DNA of 64,000 bases, from NCBI GenBank assembly GCA_020849105.1, contig JADLGW010000044.1:13683-77682 (forward strand), read 5' to 3'. Below, piece by piece: positions 18,401 through 27,138 of the stretch. Position 1 is the first letter of the stretch. Each line of letters begins with the position of its first letter. The translations under genes and the position numbers were made by a program. The DNA is from Phycisphaerales bacterium (lineage in GTDB: Bacteria; Planctomycetota; Phycisphaerae; Phycisphaerales; UBA1924). The notes beneath the pieces are model-generated. The model had not been told where the DNA came from, did not search any database, and saw nothing but the letters and a program-made list of their open reading frames with translations.

Positions 18401-18464
18401 GGCCGCCGGAGCAGGGCAACCGGAGTGTGATCTCCGCATCGGCGGCGTGTGCGGCCTGGCCCAC
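15432..18464 (-). CDS. SNF2-family helicase with a ~430-aa SNF2-associated N-terminal region
   Basis: Helicase motifs LADDMGLGKTIQ (I), VLDEAQNIKN (II), LTGTPVENRLSELW (III) and QATDRAHRIGQ (VI). The exact start is uncertain. Confidence 0.9.
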   Translation of the reverse strand: MGQAAHAADAEITLRLPCSGGLPAPSTRLAHALGLGAETRGTGFARVRVPTLALPPPHAAAILGDLTAPRDSANGVSLGSSVEFYAAAARLGRHLLAQQRFIPALKQDSAGELRGLWQPWLSDERTAARAAALLATMPPVARAAVDEHGHQPWPILQSFLGAIVDAQCRDTLRAEVMAGAIAERDPGADPQVAWLGGLLDEPDAVPIRPASRPDVVRAVRRWIAGLEDRGTGSAWRLLLRLTEPEDSNLLGDIQDPGDQVRWTVRFHLQSQDNPAIALAAEDLWALASDSVTIEGRRAERPQETLLKEIARAARVYPMLERALADSEPADLKLSTRQAYQFLREYRPILIEQGFGAEGPEWWDQPGARLGARLKLFSGDLDAQPGPAGAGAPTTRPAVGLEALVKYDWEISIGGTTLSLAEFEQLASRRAPLIRINGRWVEVRPEDLRAAMRFLQENPGGSMRVGEAIRMAYGADARTTGIPIVGLEATGWVSAFFGPEARLDRVPIVDPPAGFHGKLRPYQVRGLSWLWFLERFGFGACLADDMGLGKTIQLLALLAFEREEAQRRAATEAREGSVPPTLLIVPMSVVGNWVHEARRFCPQLRIIAHHGAARLQGAGFLGQASAADAVITTYALAHRDRETLGQVHWQRVVLDEAQNIKNPAAKQTAAVRALPATTRVALTGTPVENRLSELWSIIDFLNPEYLGGAHSFRKRFAVPVERYRDPVKGEQLRELIRPFVLRRLKSDPAVAADLPPKVESKEYSHLTAEQAELYESLVQRMLGAVEASEGMQRRGLVLSTLIKLKQACNHPAQLLKDHDFAGSAPPAAARSGKCVRLIEMLDEVMQGGEQALVFTQFRQMASLLAPMLRHDLDREVLVLHGGTPAPQRESIVKAFQRGDGSSPILVVSLKAGGVGLNLTAATHVFHFDRWWNPAVENQATDRAHRIGQNRTVQVHKFVVRGTLEERIDEMIEQKTELAASIIGSGERWLTEMSTDQLRDILTLRRDAVEEA

Positions 18465-18636
18465 CGTGTGGCGGAGCGCGGCCGGCCCCGCGGCGAACGG
18501 GTGGACCGGTTCGGCCGGCGCGGGTGAACCGCGGACGGACCAGAGGTCCGCGGATTCGGCCCAGAGATGGAGCGCCCCGCCCGACCATGCCGCGTGGACG
18601 ACGTGTGTTGCCAGGGGACCCCTCCGTGACGCTAAG

Positions 18637-18709
18637 TGAGGGCGCGGGGACTCGAACCCCGGACCAACGGCTTAAAAGGCCGATGCTCTACCAACTGAGC
18701 TACGCCCTC
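18637..18709 (-). tRNA. tRNA-Lys (anticodon TTT)
   Basis: Manual cloverleaf: GAGGGCG-TA-GCTC-AGTTGGTA-GAGC-A-TCGGC-CTTTTAA-GCCGT-TGGTC-CGGGG-TTCGAGT-CCCCG-CGCCCTC-A. 73 nt, CCA not encoded. Confidence 0.93.
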
Positions 18710-18843
18710 GAGCCGGCGGGACGCCCCGCGGCCAGATGGGATGGTAGGGGTCGTATGGTGGACGCCGAGCGGTCTTGCCGCCGGTCCTGGTTCACGAGTC
18801 CGGGCGGGGCGCGGAGGCGTCATCCTTCGAGGCCGCAGCCGTG

Positions 18844-20154
18844 CTACGCCCCCGGGCGCGCGTGATCCCTGGATCGCAAGGACAGGAGGAGTTCGCGGTG
18901 GCGGGCGCTCGCGCCCTGGCACCGACGGATGCAGGCACGCCCGCGCGCGGCAAGGCCGGAGCGGCGTGCCGGGTCTGCCAGCAGCGTGGAGAGGACGGCG
19001 GGCAGAGATTCGCGGGTCGCGCGAACGATGGCGTCGTCCTGCTCGAACGCGGCGACGATGGACGCGAAGTCGCTGACGGCGGGGCCGATGACCGTGGGCT
19101 TTCCCAGGGCGATCGGCTCGACCGGGTCGGAGCCGTACTGATCGCCGAAGGAGCGGCCGATCACGGCGACATCGGCGAGCGCGTACGCGGCGCGCAGTTC
19201 GCCGATGGTGTCCAGGAGGAAGCGGTCGGTGGGCCGCGGCGCGGGTGCCCCGGCCGTCCGGCGCGTGCAGCCGGGCATCGATGCCGCGGCATCGCCGAAG
19301 CGCTCCGGCTTTCGCGGCGCGCAGAGCAACTGGACCCCCGGCGGCGCGGCCCGGTGGAGCAGCACCTCCTCCCCCGGGCCGGTGCTGCCCGCGACGATCA
19401 GCGGGCGAGACCGGTCGATGCCGAGCGCGGCGGCCAGAGCGTCCGCGCCGGGGCCTGGGTCCTCGATGCGTGCGGCGTCCCATTTCATGGAGCCGGTGAC
19501 CAGGCAGTTCGTGGGGGCGACGCCCATCGCCTCGAACCGGGCGGCGTACTGCGGGTCCTGGACGGCCGCAAACTCCAGCGCACCGAAGGCGGGCGCGAAG
19601 AACCGGCGCAGGCGGCGGTAGCCCCTGAAGGACCGTTCGGACAGGCGGCCGTTGATCACGCAGACGGGGACGGAGCGGCGCCGGCACTCGGCGATGAAGT
19701 TGGGCCAGAGTTCCAGTTCGACCAGGGCCACGGCATCCGGACGCACCGCGTTCATGAAGCGTCGCACGGACCAGGAAAAGTCCAGCGGGTAACGGACGAC
19801 GTCGCAGGTTGTGCCGAAAAGGTCTCGGGCCCGTGCGATGCCGGTATCCGTTCCCACAGAGACGATGACCTGGGTAGCCCGGCAGTCCGCGGCGGGCCTT
19901 GTGCCCCCATGCCCATCGCGGCGCGCCGGGTCAGCCAGGAGCAGGGGCACCAGTGTCCTCAGGGCGTTCACCTCGCCGACGGAGACGGCGTGGATCAGCA
20001 GCCGGTGCGGCGAACCATGACCGCCGGCTTCCCGGCGCGGCTGGACCGGCGCAATCCTGCCGAATCGCTGGCCCCAGTCGGCGCGGCTCTTGCGGGCCCA
20101 GACCGGAGCCGTGGCCGCCGCCAGCGGGAGGTAAAGGAGGTCAAGGCGGTTCAA
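18844..20154 (-). CDS. waaA: 3-deoxy-D-manno-octulosonic acid (Kdo) transferase
   Basis: LIHAVSVGEVNALRTLVPLL signature and GT30-like architecture. 436 aa. Confidence 0.88.
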   Translation of the reverse strand: MNRLDLLYLPLAAATAPVWARKSRADWGQRFGRIAPVQPRREAGGHGSPHRLLIHAVSVGEVNALRTLVPLLLADPARRDGHGGTRPAADCRATQVIVSVGTDTGIARARDLFGTTCDVVRYPLDFSWSVRRFMNAVRPDAVALVELELWPNFIAECRRRSVPVCVINGRLSERSFRGYRRLRRFFAPAFGALEFAAVQDPQYAARFEAMGVAPTNCLVTGSMKWDAARIEDPGPGADALAAALGIDRSRPLIVAGSTGPGEEVLLHRAAPPGVQLLCAPRKPERFGDAAASMPGCTRRTAGAPAPRPTDRFLLDTIGELRAAYALADVAVIGRSFGDQYGSDPVEPIALGKPTVIGPAVSDFASIVAAFEQDDAIVRATRESLPAVLSTLLADPARRSGLAARGRACIRRCQGASARHRELLLSLRSRDHARPGA

Positions 20155-20328
20155 ATGGGCAAACGCCGGGGCGGCGCAGGCCCCGGAAACCCCGGAGAAT
20201 ATAGGCTTTCATCGGCGGGGAGGTGCCGCGGGTCGGAAGACCCCTTCGGGGCGGCCGGAGGTGCTGCGACGCCGGCGGGTAGAGTAGGTGCTGCGTTCGG
20301 TTCGGGGCACTCCGGATCGGGGGAACAT

Positions 20329-21378
20329 ATGACCAGACTGCTGCTCTCGGTGTGCGTGCTTGCAGTGGTGACTGCCCGCGCGGCCTGCCAACCGGTGTCC
20401 GCCGAGGTGACGTTCAAGGGCGCCGGCGATCTTGAACTCCACGGCACACTCCTGTTGCCCGAGAGGACGTTGGGCGCCGCTCCCGCCGGGGTCGGCGCGG
20501 TCCTGCTTCTCCCGGGCTCCGGCCCGACTGATCGCAACGGCAACCAGCCTCCGGGGTTCGTGACCAACCTGCTGAGCCAGATCGCGGACCGACTGGCGGC
20601 TGAGGGCATCGCCACCCTGCGTTTCGACAAGCGAGCGGCGCACGTCTACGCCGCCCAGTGGCCGAAGGGCGCTGACCAGATCGGTGAGTTCTTCTCGTAC
20701 GACAACTTTGTCGGCGATGCGACCGCGGCGTATCTGTTCCTTCGCGGCGGTGAAGGGGTGGATGCCGTGCGGGTGGCGATCCTGGGGCACAGTGAGGGGG
20801 GCCTGTTCGCGTTGCAGATCGGGAGTGACCTGGCGGCTACCGGGGATCGTCCCGCCGGCCTCATCCTGGCCGGCACGCCCGGCCGGACCCTGGATGAGGT
20901 GGTGCGCGAGCAGATCAGGGCGCTGCTGGAGAAGCAGACCACCGACCAGTCGGTGCGGGATACCTACATGGCCCACCTCGAGCGCGGGATTGCGGCGGCC
21001 AAGAACCGGGCTCCGGTCCCCCGTGACATGCCGCCCGGGCTTGCCCCGCTGTTCAACCCCAGCGCCCAGAAACTGTTGTACTCATGCTTCACGATCGATC
21101 CGGCCGGCCTGGCTGCCCGGGTTCGCGGCCCGGTTCTCGTGCTCCAGGGCGAGCGTGACAGTCAGGTATCGGCGGAGCGGGATGCGCCGCGGCTTGTCGA
21201 AGCCCTGAAGAAGCGGGAGACCGCGGAGGGGAACAGCACGGAGTTGGTGCTGGTGCCCGGCGCCAGCCACAATCTCAAGTCGGTGCAGAACGCCGGCGAT
21301 GCGGGCATCGCGGGTCCAGCGGCTCCGCAGGCTCTTGACGCGATCGCGGAATGGTGCAAGGCTCACCTGGGCCCGTGA
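20329..21378 (+). CDS. Secreted alpha/beta hydrolase
   Basis: Inner ATG at 20329. Signal peptide MTRLLLSVCVLAVVTARAA. Nucleophile elbow GHSEGG. The upstream part of track ORF 18775..21378 is antisense to waaA. Confidence 0.85.
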   Translation: MTRLLLSVCVLAVVTARAACQPVSAEVTFKGAGDLELHGTLLLPERTLGAAPAGVGAVLLLPGSGPTDRNGNQPPGFVTNLLSQIADRLAAEGIATLRFDKRAAHVYAAQWPKGADQIGEFFSYDNFVGDATAAYLFLRGGEGVDAVRVAILGHSEGGLFALQIGSDLAATGDRPAGLILAGTPGRTLDEVVREQIRALLEKQTTDQSVRDTYMAHLERGIAAAKNRAPVPRDMPPGLAPLFNPSAQKLLYSCFTIDPAGLAARVRGPVLVLQGERDSQVSAERDAPRLVEALKKRETAEGNSTELVLVPGASHNLKSVQNAGDAGIAGPAAPQALDAIAEWCKAHLGP

Positions 21379-21422
21379 GGCCGCGGCCCGCTTCCGCCGG
21401 CGCGGACACCGAGCCGGTTGAA

Positions 21423-21496
21423 TGGGCAGGCCGGGACTCGAACCCGGGACCCCTTGCGTGTAAAGCAAGTGCTCTAGCCAACTGAGCTACCCGCCC
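21423..21496 (-). tRNA. tRNA-Val (anticodon TAC)
   Basis: GGGCGGG-TA-GCTC-AGTTGGCTA-GAGC-A-CTTGC-TTTACAC-GCAAG-GGGTC-CCGGG-TTCGAGT-CCCGG-CCTGCCC-A. 74 nt, CCA not encoded. Confidence 0.93.
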
Positions 21497-21567
21497 GAAG
21501 CCCTCCAAGTGTAATCCGCCGGCCGGAGGCGGCGTTGTTCGGTGGGCCGCGCTGATACTCTGGGGCC

Positions 21568-22290
21568 ATGAACATCGTGCGCACCGGGGCCGGCATAGCG
21601 GTTCAGACTGCCGGCGGGCCGCTCCTGATCAGGCACATCATCGGTATCGGACGGAACTACGCCGAGCACGCCAGGGAGCAGGCCGCGACCGTCCCGACGC
21701 GACCGATGGTCTTCGTGAAAGCGCCGGCGTCGGCGTGCCTGTCCGGCGAGGCGATCGTGATCCCCGCGGTCTGCCGCGACCCGCGTTACGGCGGCGACCA
21801 GGTGGACTTCGAGGCGGAACTTGCGGTGGTCATCGGGACGGGCGGGCGCAACATCGCCGAGGACCGGGCCCTGTCCCACGTGCTCGGGTACTGCTGCGCC
21901 AACGACGTGTCGGCTCGGTGGTGGCAGAAGGAGGGCAGCGGGGGCCAGTTCTGCCGCGGCAAGTCGTTCGATACGTTCTGCCCGCTGGGGCCGCGGCTTG
22001 TGCCCGCGGCGGAGGTGCGCGATCCGCAGGCGATGCGAGTCCGGTGCCGGGTGAACGGCGGCACGATGCAGGACGACAGCACCGCCGGCATGATCTTCCC
22101 GGTCTCACGGCTGGTGAGTGAACTGTCCTGGGGCACGACGCTCCTTCCCGGCACAGTGATCCTGACCGGAACCCCGAGCGGGGTGGGCATGGCCCGCACG
22201 CCGCCCGTGTGGCTGCGCGAGGGCGACACGGTCGAGGTCGAGATCGACGGACTCGGCGTGCTGAGCAACCCCGTGCGGTGCGAGGCCTGA
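21568..22290 (+). CDS. Fumarylacetoacetate hydrolase (FAH) family protein
   Basis: IIGIGRNYAEHARE, FEAELAVVIG, and the C-terminal GTPSGVG..L..GD motif. Confidence 0.88.
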   Translation: MNIVRTGAGIAVQTAGGPLLIRHIIGIGRNYAEHAREQAATVPTRPMVFVKAPASACLSGEAIVIPAVCRDPRYGGDQVDFEAELAVVIGTGGRNIAEDRALSHVLGYCCANDVSARWWQKEGSGGQFCRGKSFDTFCPLGPRLVPAAEVRDPQAMRVRCRVNGGTMQDDSTAGMIFPVSRLVSELSWGTTLLPGTVILTGTPSGVGMARTPPVWLREGDTVEVEIDGLGVLSNPVRCEA

Positions 22291-22347
22291 GCGGCACCGG
22301 GCCCTTGCGCGGGTACCGTTCCCGATGACCGTGCGGAGCGTCCGCCC

Positions 22348-23598
22348 TTGGAAACGATCACCCGGGACATGTCGGCCCCTACGCGGCGGCGCTCGCCGCT
22401 GCCCGCGGCGGCGTCGGGCGGCCTGCGCGTCTGCCTGTTCACGGACACGCTTGGCGACGTGAACGGGGTCTCGCGGTTCATCCGCGGCGTGGCGGATCGG
22501 GCGCACGCGTGCGGGCGGGACCTGCGGGTCGTCACGTCGACGAACTTTGAGGTGCCGAGCGGGGCCAACATCTTCAACTTCAAGCCGCTGCTGGCGTGCG
22601 CGATGCCCGGGTACAAGAACCTGGAACTGGCGGTCCCGCCGCGGGCCCGGATGCTGCGGCATGTCGGGCTGCACCGGCCCGACGTGATCCACGTCTCGAC
22701 CCCCGGGCCTGTGGGCCTGGTCGGGTGCACGGCGGCCCGGCGGCTGGGGATCCCGCTGCTCGGCGTGTACCACACGGATTTCCCGGCCTATGTCGAACGG
22801 CTGTTTGACGACGCCGCGATGACGTGGGCAGCGCGGTGGTACATGCGGCGGTTCTACCGGCGATTCCGGGCGGTGCTGGCGCGCAGCGGTGGGTACGCGG
22901 GGGCGCTGGACTGGTTGGGGAGCGGGCGGGTTGTGGCGCTGCGGCCGGGGGTTGATACCGACGTGTTCCACCCGCGGCACCGGGATGCCGGGCTTTGGGG
23001 GCGTCTGGGTGGTGCGGGTGAGCGTGTGCGCGCGGGCTCGGTGAAGGTGCTGTCGATCGGGCGTGTGAGCGTCGAGAAGAACCTTCCGCTGCTGACCCGG
23101 GCCTGGCGGGCGGTGATCGCCCGAACGCGGGGCGCGGGCGTGGATGCGCAGTTGATCGTGGTGGGAGATGGTCCATACCGCGCGGAGATGGAGCGCGAAC
23201 TGGCGGACCACCCCGCGTGCTTCCTGGGTTTTCGGCACGGGGCGGAGTTGTCGGCGATCTACGCCATGGGCGACGTGTTCGTGTTTCCATCCACCACCGA
23301 CACGCTGGGGCAGGTGGTGCTGGAGGCGCAGGCGAGCGGGGTGCCGGTCCTTGTGACCGATCAGGGCGGGCCGAAGGAAGTGGTGGAGGACGGGGTCACC
23401 GGGCTGGTGCTTCGAGCATCGCCGGACCACTGGGTGGAGGCGATCACCCGCCTCATCCTTGACAGCGATCGGCGCGTCCACATGGGCAGGGCCGCACATG
23501 CCCTGATGCAGCAGTTCTCATTTGACGCGTCGTTTGATCAGTTCTGGGCGGAGCATGAGCGTGTCGTCCGGCGGGCGCACCTGTCGGGCGGGCGGTGA
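22348..23598 (+). CDS. Glycosyltransferase, GT4/GT1 family
   Basis: LRVCLFTDTLGDVNGVSRFI N-terminus and the C-terminal GT-B motif FVFPSTTDTLGQVVLEAQASGVPVLV. Start is TTG 22348 or ATG 22369. Confidence 0.85.
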   Translation: METITRDMSAPTRRRSPLPAAASGGLRVCLFTDTLGDVNGVSRFIRGVADRAHACGRDLRVVTSTNFEVPSGANIFNFKPLLACAMPGYKNLELAVPPRARMLRHVGLHRPDVIHVSTPGPVGLVGCTAARRLGIPLLGVYHTDFPAYVERLFDDAAMTWAARWYMRRFYRRFRAVLARSGGYAGALDWLGSGRVVALRPGVDTDVFHPRHRDAGLWGRLGGAGERVRAGSVKVLSIGRVSVEKNLPLLTRAWRAVIARTRGAGVDAQLIVVGDGPYRAEMERELADHPACFLGFRHGAELSAIYAMGDVFVFPSTTDTLGQVVLEAQASGVPVLVTDQGGPKEVVEDGVTGLVLRASPDHWVEAITRLILDSDRRVHMGRAAHALMQQFSFDASFDQFWAEHERVVRRAHLSGGR

Positions 23599-23602
23599 TA
23601 CG

Positions 23603-23620
23603 GGCCGCCCGTGGGCGGCC
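23603..23620. terminator. GC palindrome between convergent stops
   Basis: GGCCGCCC-gt-GGGCGGCC lies between stops at 23598 (+) and 23624 (-). No T-run. Confidence 0.35.
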
Positions 23621-23623
23621 GGT

Positions 23624-26434
23624 TCATCGCTTCCGGGCGGCGATCTCGGCACGGAGGGCGTCGGCTTTTTCGCCTTCACTCCGGGCGTCGTAGAGCGCTG
23701 CACGCCGCTCCAGCACCGCCAGGGTTCGGGGGTGGCGCGGCCCGGCGGTGGCCGCGAGTACGTCCTCGGCCTCCAGCAGGCCCGCCTCCGCTTCGGCCGG
23801 GTGGCCCAGCCCGATCTGCGCTGCGGCGTGCTGCTCCAGCGCGGTGCCCAGCCGCCAGGTGGGCGGCAGGTCCCGGGCCGCCTTTATGAAAGGAGCGAGT
23901 GTGGTCAGAGCCTCGGTGAACCGGCCCTGCGCGTTGAGAGACCGGGCGAGCGCGGTTGCCACGAACAGGGTGTCCGGATGGGCGTTCCCGAACGCCAGGG
24001 TGTTGATCCGGAGCGACTCTCGGAAGGGTGCTTCGGCCCGATCGGGCTGGCTGCGTTCCTCGGCGATAAGGCCCAGTTCGTGCTCAGAGATGGCGATGTA
24101 TGAGCGATCCGGGCCGTACACGAGGCGCAGCGCGGACAGGGCGCGGTGCTGGGCTTCTTCGGCCTCGTCCAGCCGCCCCGTGCTGCGATAGAGGCGGGCG
24201 AGCGTCGCGACGCTCAGCGCCGTCTCGCCCGCGGCCTCTCCGAAGAGCCGTGACCTGCCCTCCAGGGCTTCGCGGATCAGCGGCTCAGCGCCGGCGTAGT
24301 CGCCCCGCACCCGGATGAGGAGTTGGGCGATGGCATCAAGCGTGGTCCAGACCGAGGGATGGTCGTTGCCGTGGGCCGCGCGGTAGATGCCCAGGGCCTC
24401 GCGGAGGGACGCCTCCGCGGCCGCCGCGTCGCCCGCGGCCTGCTGAACCTCCCCGAGTTCGTACAACGTGTTGGCGACATCCGGGTGCGCGGGCCCCAGC
24501 AACCGACGGCCCATTTCGAGGGCGCGGGAGAGTGTTGCCTTCGCCCCGTCCAGGTCGCGCCGCAGGAACTGGAGCCAGGCACGATCGTTCAGGCCGTCCA
24601 CGAGGCGCGGGTGCTCCGCGCCATAGATGGCCTCCCAAGCGGTCATGGCTTCATCGAGGAACCGCTCCGACGCGGATACATCACCGCGGTCGCGCGCCAG
24701 TTTGGACAGGTTCATGAGGCTTTCGGCGGTCTCCGAGCCGTTCGGGCCCGGCAACTCGCGGCGTATGGACAGCGCGAGGTCCGCGTTGTCCTGGGCCTGG
24801 TTGAACCTGGCCTCGTGACGCTGGACGTCGGACAGGCCGTGCAGCGCGGCCGCGACCTGGGCGTGCCTGGGCCCCAGCGCCTGCCGGCTCACGGTCAGAG
24901 CCTCGGTGAACAGCCGTTCCGCGCCCGGGTAGTCTGCCTGGTCATGGCGCACCCAGGCCAGGTCGGACAGGGCGGCGGCCACCTTGGGGTGTCCCGCGCC
25001 TTGCAGTGCATTGCGGAGGTCGAGCGCCGCCTGGAGGTTGTCCCGGGCGCGCGGGTAGTCACCCAGGAGGCGGTACGCGTTGCCGATGGTGGACCTGACT
25101 TGCGCCTCGACCTCGGGCTGGCCGGCGAGCCGCTCGTCCAGGTTGCGGGAGATGTCGTCCAGCAGTTGCCGGACGGTGTACCCGGCGCCCTTCACCTCGT
25201 GCGGGTTCGCGGCCCGCAGCGCCGACTCCAGGAGCCCGCTGACGGACTCTGCGGTCTGGCGTCTGCGCTCGGCGCGCACGAGGCCGTAGGTTGTCCCCGC
25301 CAGGCCCGCCGCCAGCGCAACGAAGACCGCGCCGGAGGCGGCGACCAGGAGCCGGTTTCTCCGGGCGAAGAGGCGGAGGTGGTAGAGGGCGCTCGGCGGG
25401 CGGGCGGCTACCGGTACGCCGTCGAGGTGGCGGCGCAGGTCCGCGGCCAGCGCCGCAGCCGTGGCGTAACGGCGGTCGGGGTCCTTTGCCATGGCCGCCG
25501 CGGTGACGGCCTCAAGGTCTCCCCGCAGGGCGCGATCCACATGGCCGAGGCGGAGCGGCTCGCGCTCCTGGATGATGCGCAGGGCTGCGACGGCCGAGGC
25601 TGACGTGAGGTCCAGCGGGAGGCGGCCGGCCAGCAGTTCATACAGGATCACGCCGAGGGCGTAGACATCGGCCTGCGCTCTTGCGGGTTCGCCGGCGGCC
25701 TGCTCCGGGCTCATGTAGGCGAGCGTGCCCACCAGAAGGCCGGGCTCGGTGTGTGCCGCGGTGGGGCCGGGTTCCATGGGGCGGGCGACCCCGAAATCCA
25801 GCACCTTGGGCTGGCCGTGCTCATCCACGATGATGTTGGACGGCTTCAGGTCTCGGTGCACGACGCCGTGGTCGTGGGCGTAGTGCACCGCGTCGCAGAC
25901 GCGGGCGAGCAGTTCAAGCCTGGCCCGGCGATCCAGGTCCGCGGCGTGTTCCAGCAGCGTCCGGCCGCGCAGCAGTTCCATCGCGAAGTACGGCCGGGCG
26001 TCCTGACCATCGGTTCCCGCGGCGTAGACCTGCGCGATGCCGTGGTGGTGAAGCCGGGCGAGGATCTCCGCCTCCTGGCGGAAGCGGGCGAGCGCAGCCC
26101 TGGAGTTGAGCCCCCGGGCCAGCACCTTGAGGGCCACGGCGCGGCGTGGGTGGTCCTGCTCGGCCTCGTAGACCGTGGCCATGCCGCCGCTCCCGAGGAT
26201 TCTTGTAATGCGGAAGCCGCCCAGTTGCCCGGCCAGTACCTGCGGCATGGCTCGGACGGGGTGGCCGGCCAGCACGGCGCGAAGGTCATCCGCAAGGAGT
26301 TCGTTGCGAACAAGGTCGGCGAGGAGGCGGGAGCAGGCAGCGCACGTCTTGGCGTGCCGATCCAGGTCGGCGCGATCGGGGGCGGTACCGGCAACGAGGG
26401 CCGCCCAGCGCTCAATCGGCGGGCAGGCGGTCAC
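23624..26434 (-). CDS. Anti-sigma (HxxxCxxC) / Ser-Thr protein kinase / TM / TPR fusion protein
   Basis: GTG at 26434 overlaps the sigma gene stop (GTGA). ZAS-like HAKTCAAC. Kinase motifs GSGGMATVYEA, HRDLKPSNII, DFGVAR and GTLAYMSPEQ. One TM helix (LLVAASGAVFVALAAGLAG) is followed by about 500 aa of TPR-like repeats. Confidence 0.9.
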   Translation of the reverse strand: MTACPPIERWAALVAGTAPDRADLDRHAKTCAACSRLLADLVRNELLADDLRAVLAGHPVRAMPQVLAGQLGGFRITRILGSGGMATVYEAEQDHPRRAVALKVLARGLNSRAALARFRQEAEILARLHHHGIAQVYAAGTDGQDARPYFAMELLRGRTLLEHAADLDRRARLELLARVCDAVHYAHDHGVVHRDLKPSNIIVDEHGQPKVLDFGVARPMEPGPTAAHTEPGLLVGTLAYMSPEQAAGEPARAQADVYALGVILYELLAGRLPLDLTSASAVAALRIIQEREPLRLGHVDRALRGDLEAVTAAAMAKDPDRRYATAAALAADLRRHLDGVPVAARPPSALYHLRLFARRNRLLVAASGAVFVALAAGLAGTTYGLVRAERRRQTAESVSGLLESALRAANPHEVKGAGYTVRQLLDDISRNLDERLAGQPEVEAQVRSTIGNAYRLLGDYPRARDNLQAALDLRNALQGAGHPKVAAALSDLAWVRHDQADYPGAERLFTEALTVSRQALGPRHAQVAAALHGLSDVQRHEARFNQAQDNADLALSIRRELPGPNGSETAESLMNLSKLARDRGDVSASERFLDEAMTAWEAIYGAEHPRLVDGLNDRAWLQFLRRDLDGAKATLSRALEMGRRLLGPAHPDVANTLYELGEVQQAAGDAAAAEASLREALGIYRAAHGNDHPSVWTTLDAIAQLLIRVRGDYAGAEPLIREALEGRSRLFGEAAGETALSVATLARLYRSTGRLDEAEEAQHRALSALRLVYGPDRSYIAISEHELGLIAEERSQPDRAEAPFRESLRINTLAFGNAHPDTLFVATALARSLNAQGRFTEALTTLAPFIKAARDLPPTWRLGTALEQHAAAQIGLGHPAEAEAGLLEAEDVLAATAGPRHPRTLAVLERRAALYDARSEGEKADALRAEIAARKR

Positions 26435-27018
26435 GCCGACTCCCCCTCTCTGGTGAAGTCCTCGCCGGTGAGATCCAGCATCTTTGCGCGGATTCTCTCG
26501 AGCACCCGGTGCTTCGAGACATAGACCTGATTCACCGACATGCCCAGCGCAGCCCCCACGGCCTCGGCGGACCTGCCGTCCAGGGCGGTGCCGACGAACG
26601 CGGCATAGGTGGAATCCGCGACCTCCGCGCGGGCGGCTTCGGCGCAGTAGCGCAGGTGAGCCTCGGCCCAGTGGCGATCCCAGACCTTGTCGGCGGCCGG
26701 CGTGTCGTCCGGCTGGGCCCGCCACTCGCCGCTGGGCAGGCGGACCTCGTGCCGGCGCCGCGCCAGGTCGGCGATCTTGTGGTGGGCGATGGCCCGCAGC
26801 CATCGGCTGAAACTGCCCTGGTGGGCGTACTGGGCGATCTGCTCCAGAACCGCCTGTGAGCACTGCTGGGCGACGTCCTCGGCGTCCGCCCGGGTCAGGC
26901 CGCGCGCCCGGGCATAACCGATCAGCATCCCGCGGTAGAGCACGTCGAAGGTCTGCCACGCCTGCTGGTCGGCGGGGTTCCGAAGCCTGACCAGGAGCGT
27001 TGAACGAGTGGGGTCCAC
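26431..27018 (-). CDS. ECF-type RNA polymerase sigma factor
   Basis: Sigma-2 region (AWQTFDVLYRGMLIGYARARGL..DAEDVAQQ) and sigma-4 HTH (SAEAVGAALGMSVNQVYVSKHRVLERIR). GTG at 27018 lies 7 nt after GGAG. The track ORF start at 27105 is also possible. Confidence 0.85.
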   Translation of the reverse strand: MDPTRSTLLVRLRNPADQQAWQTFDVLYRGMLIGYARARGLTRADAEDVAQQCSQAVLEQIAQYAHQGSFSRWLRAIAHHKIADLARRRHEVRLPSGEWRAQPDDTPAADKVWDRHWAEAHLRYCAEAARAEVADSTYAAFVGTALDGRSAEAVGAALGMSVNQVYVSKHRVLERIRAKMLDLTGEDFTREGESA

Positions 27019-27138
27019 CGCGAGGCTCCGACGGTGTCCGGCCTGGGGGCGATCCACGCAGATTCCGCATCCCAAGTGTAAGGAAAACCCGGGGCGTGCG
27101 AGCACCTCCTGGACTCACCCCATTTCACGGAGACTCCC

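Noticed and set aside
20155-20328. Small ncRNA in the waaA/hydrolase divergent region, suggested by a CCCC-UUCG-GGGG tetraloop hairpin.
   Set aside because: The stem is only 4 bp, and I cannot assess conserved context. It is most likely just a promoter region.
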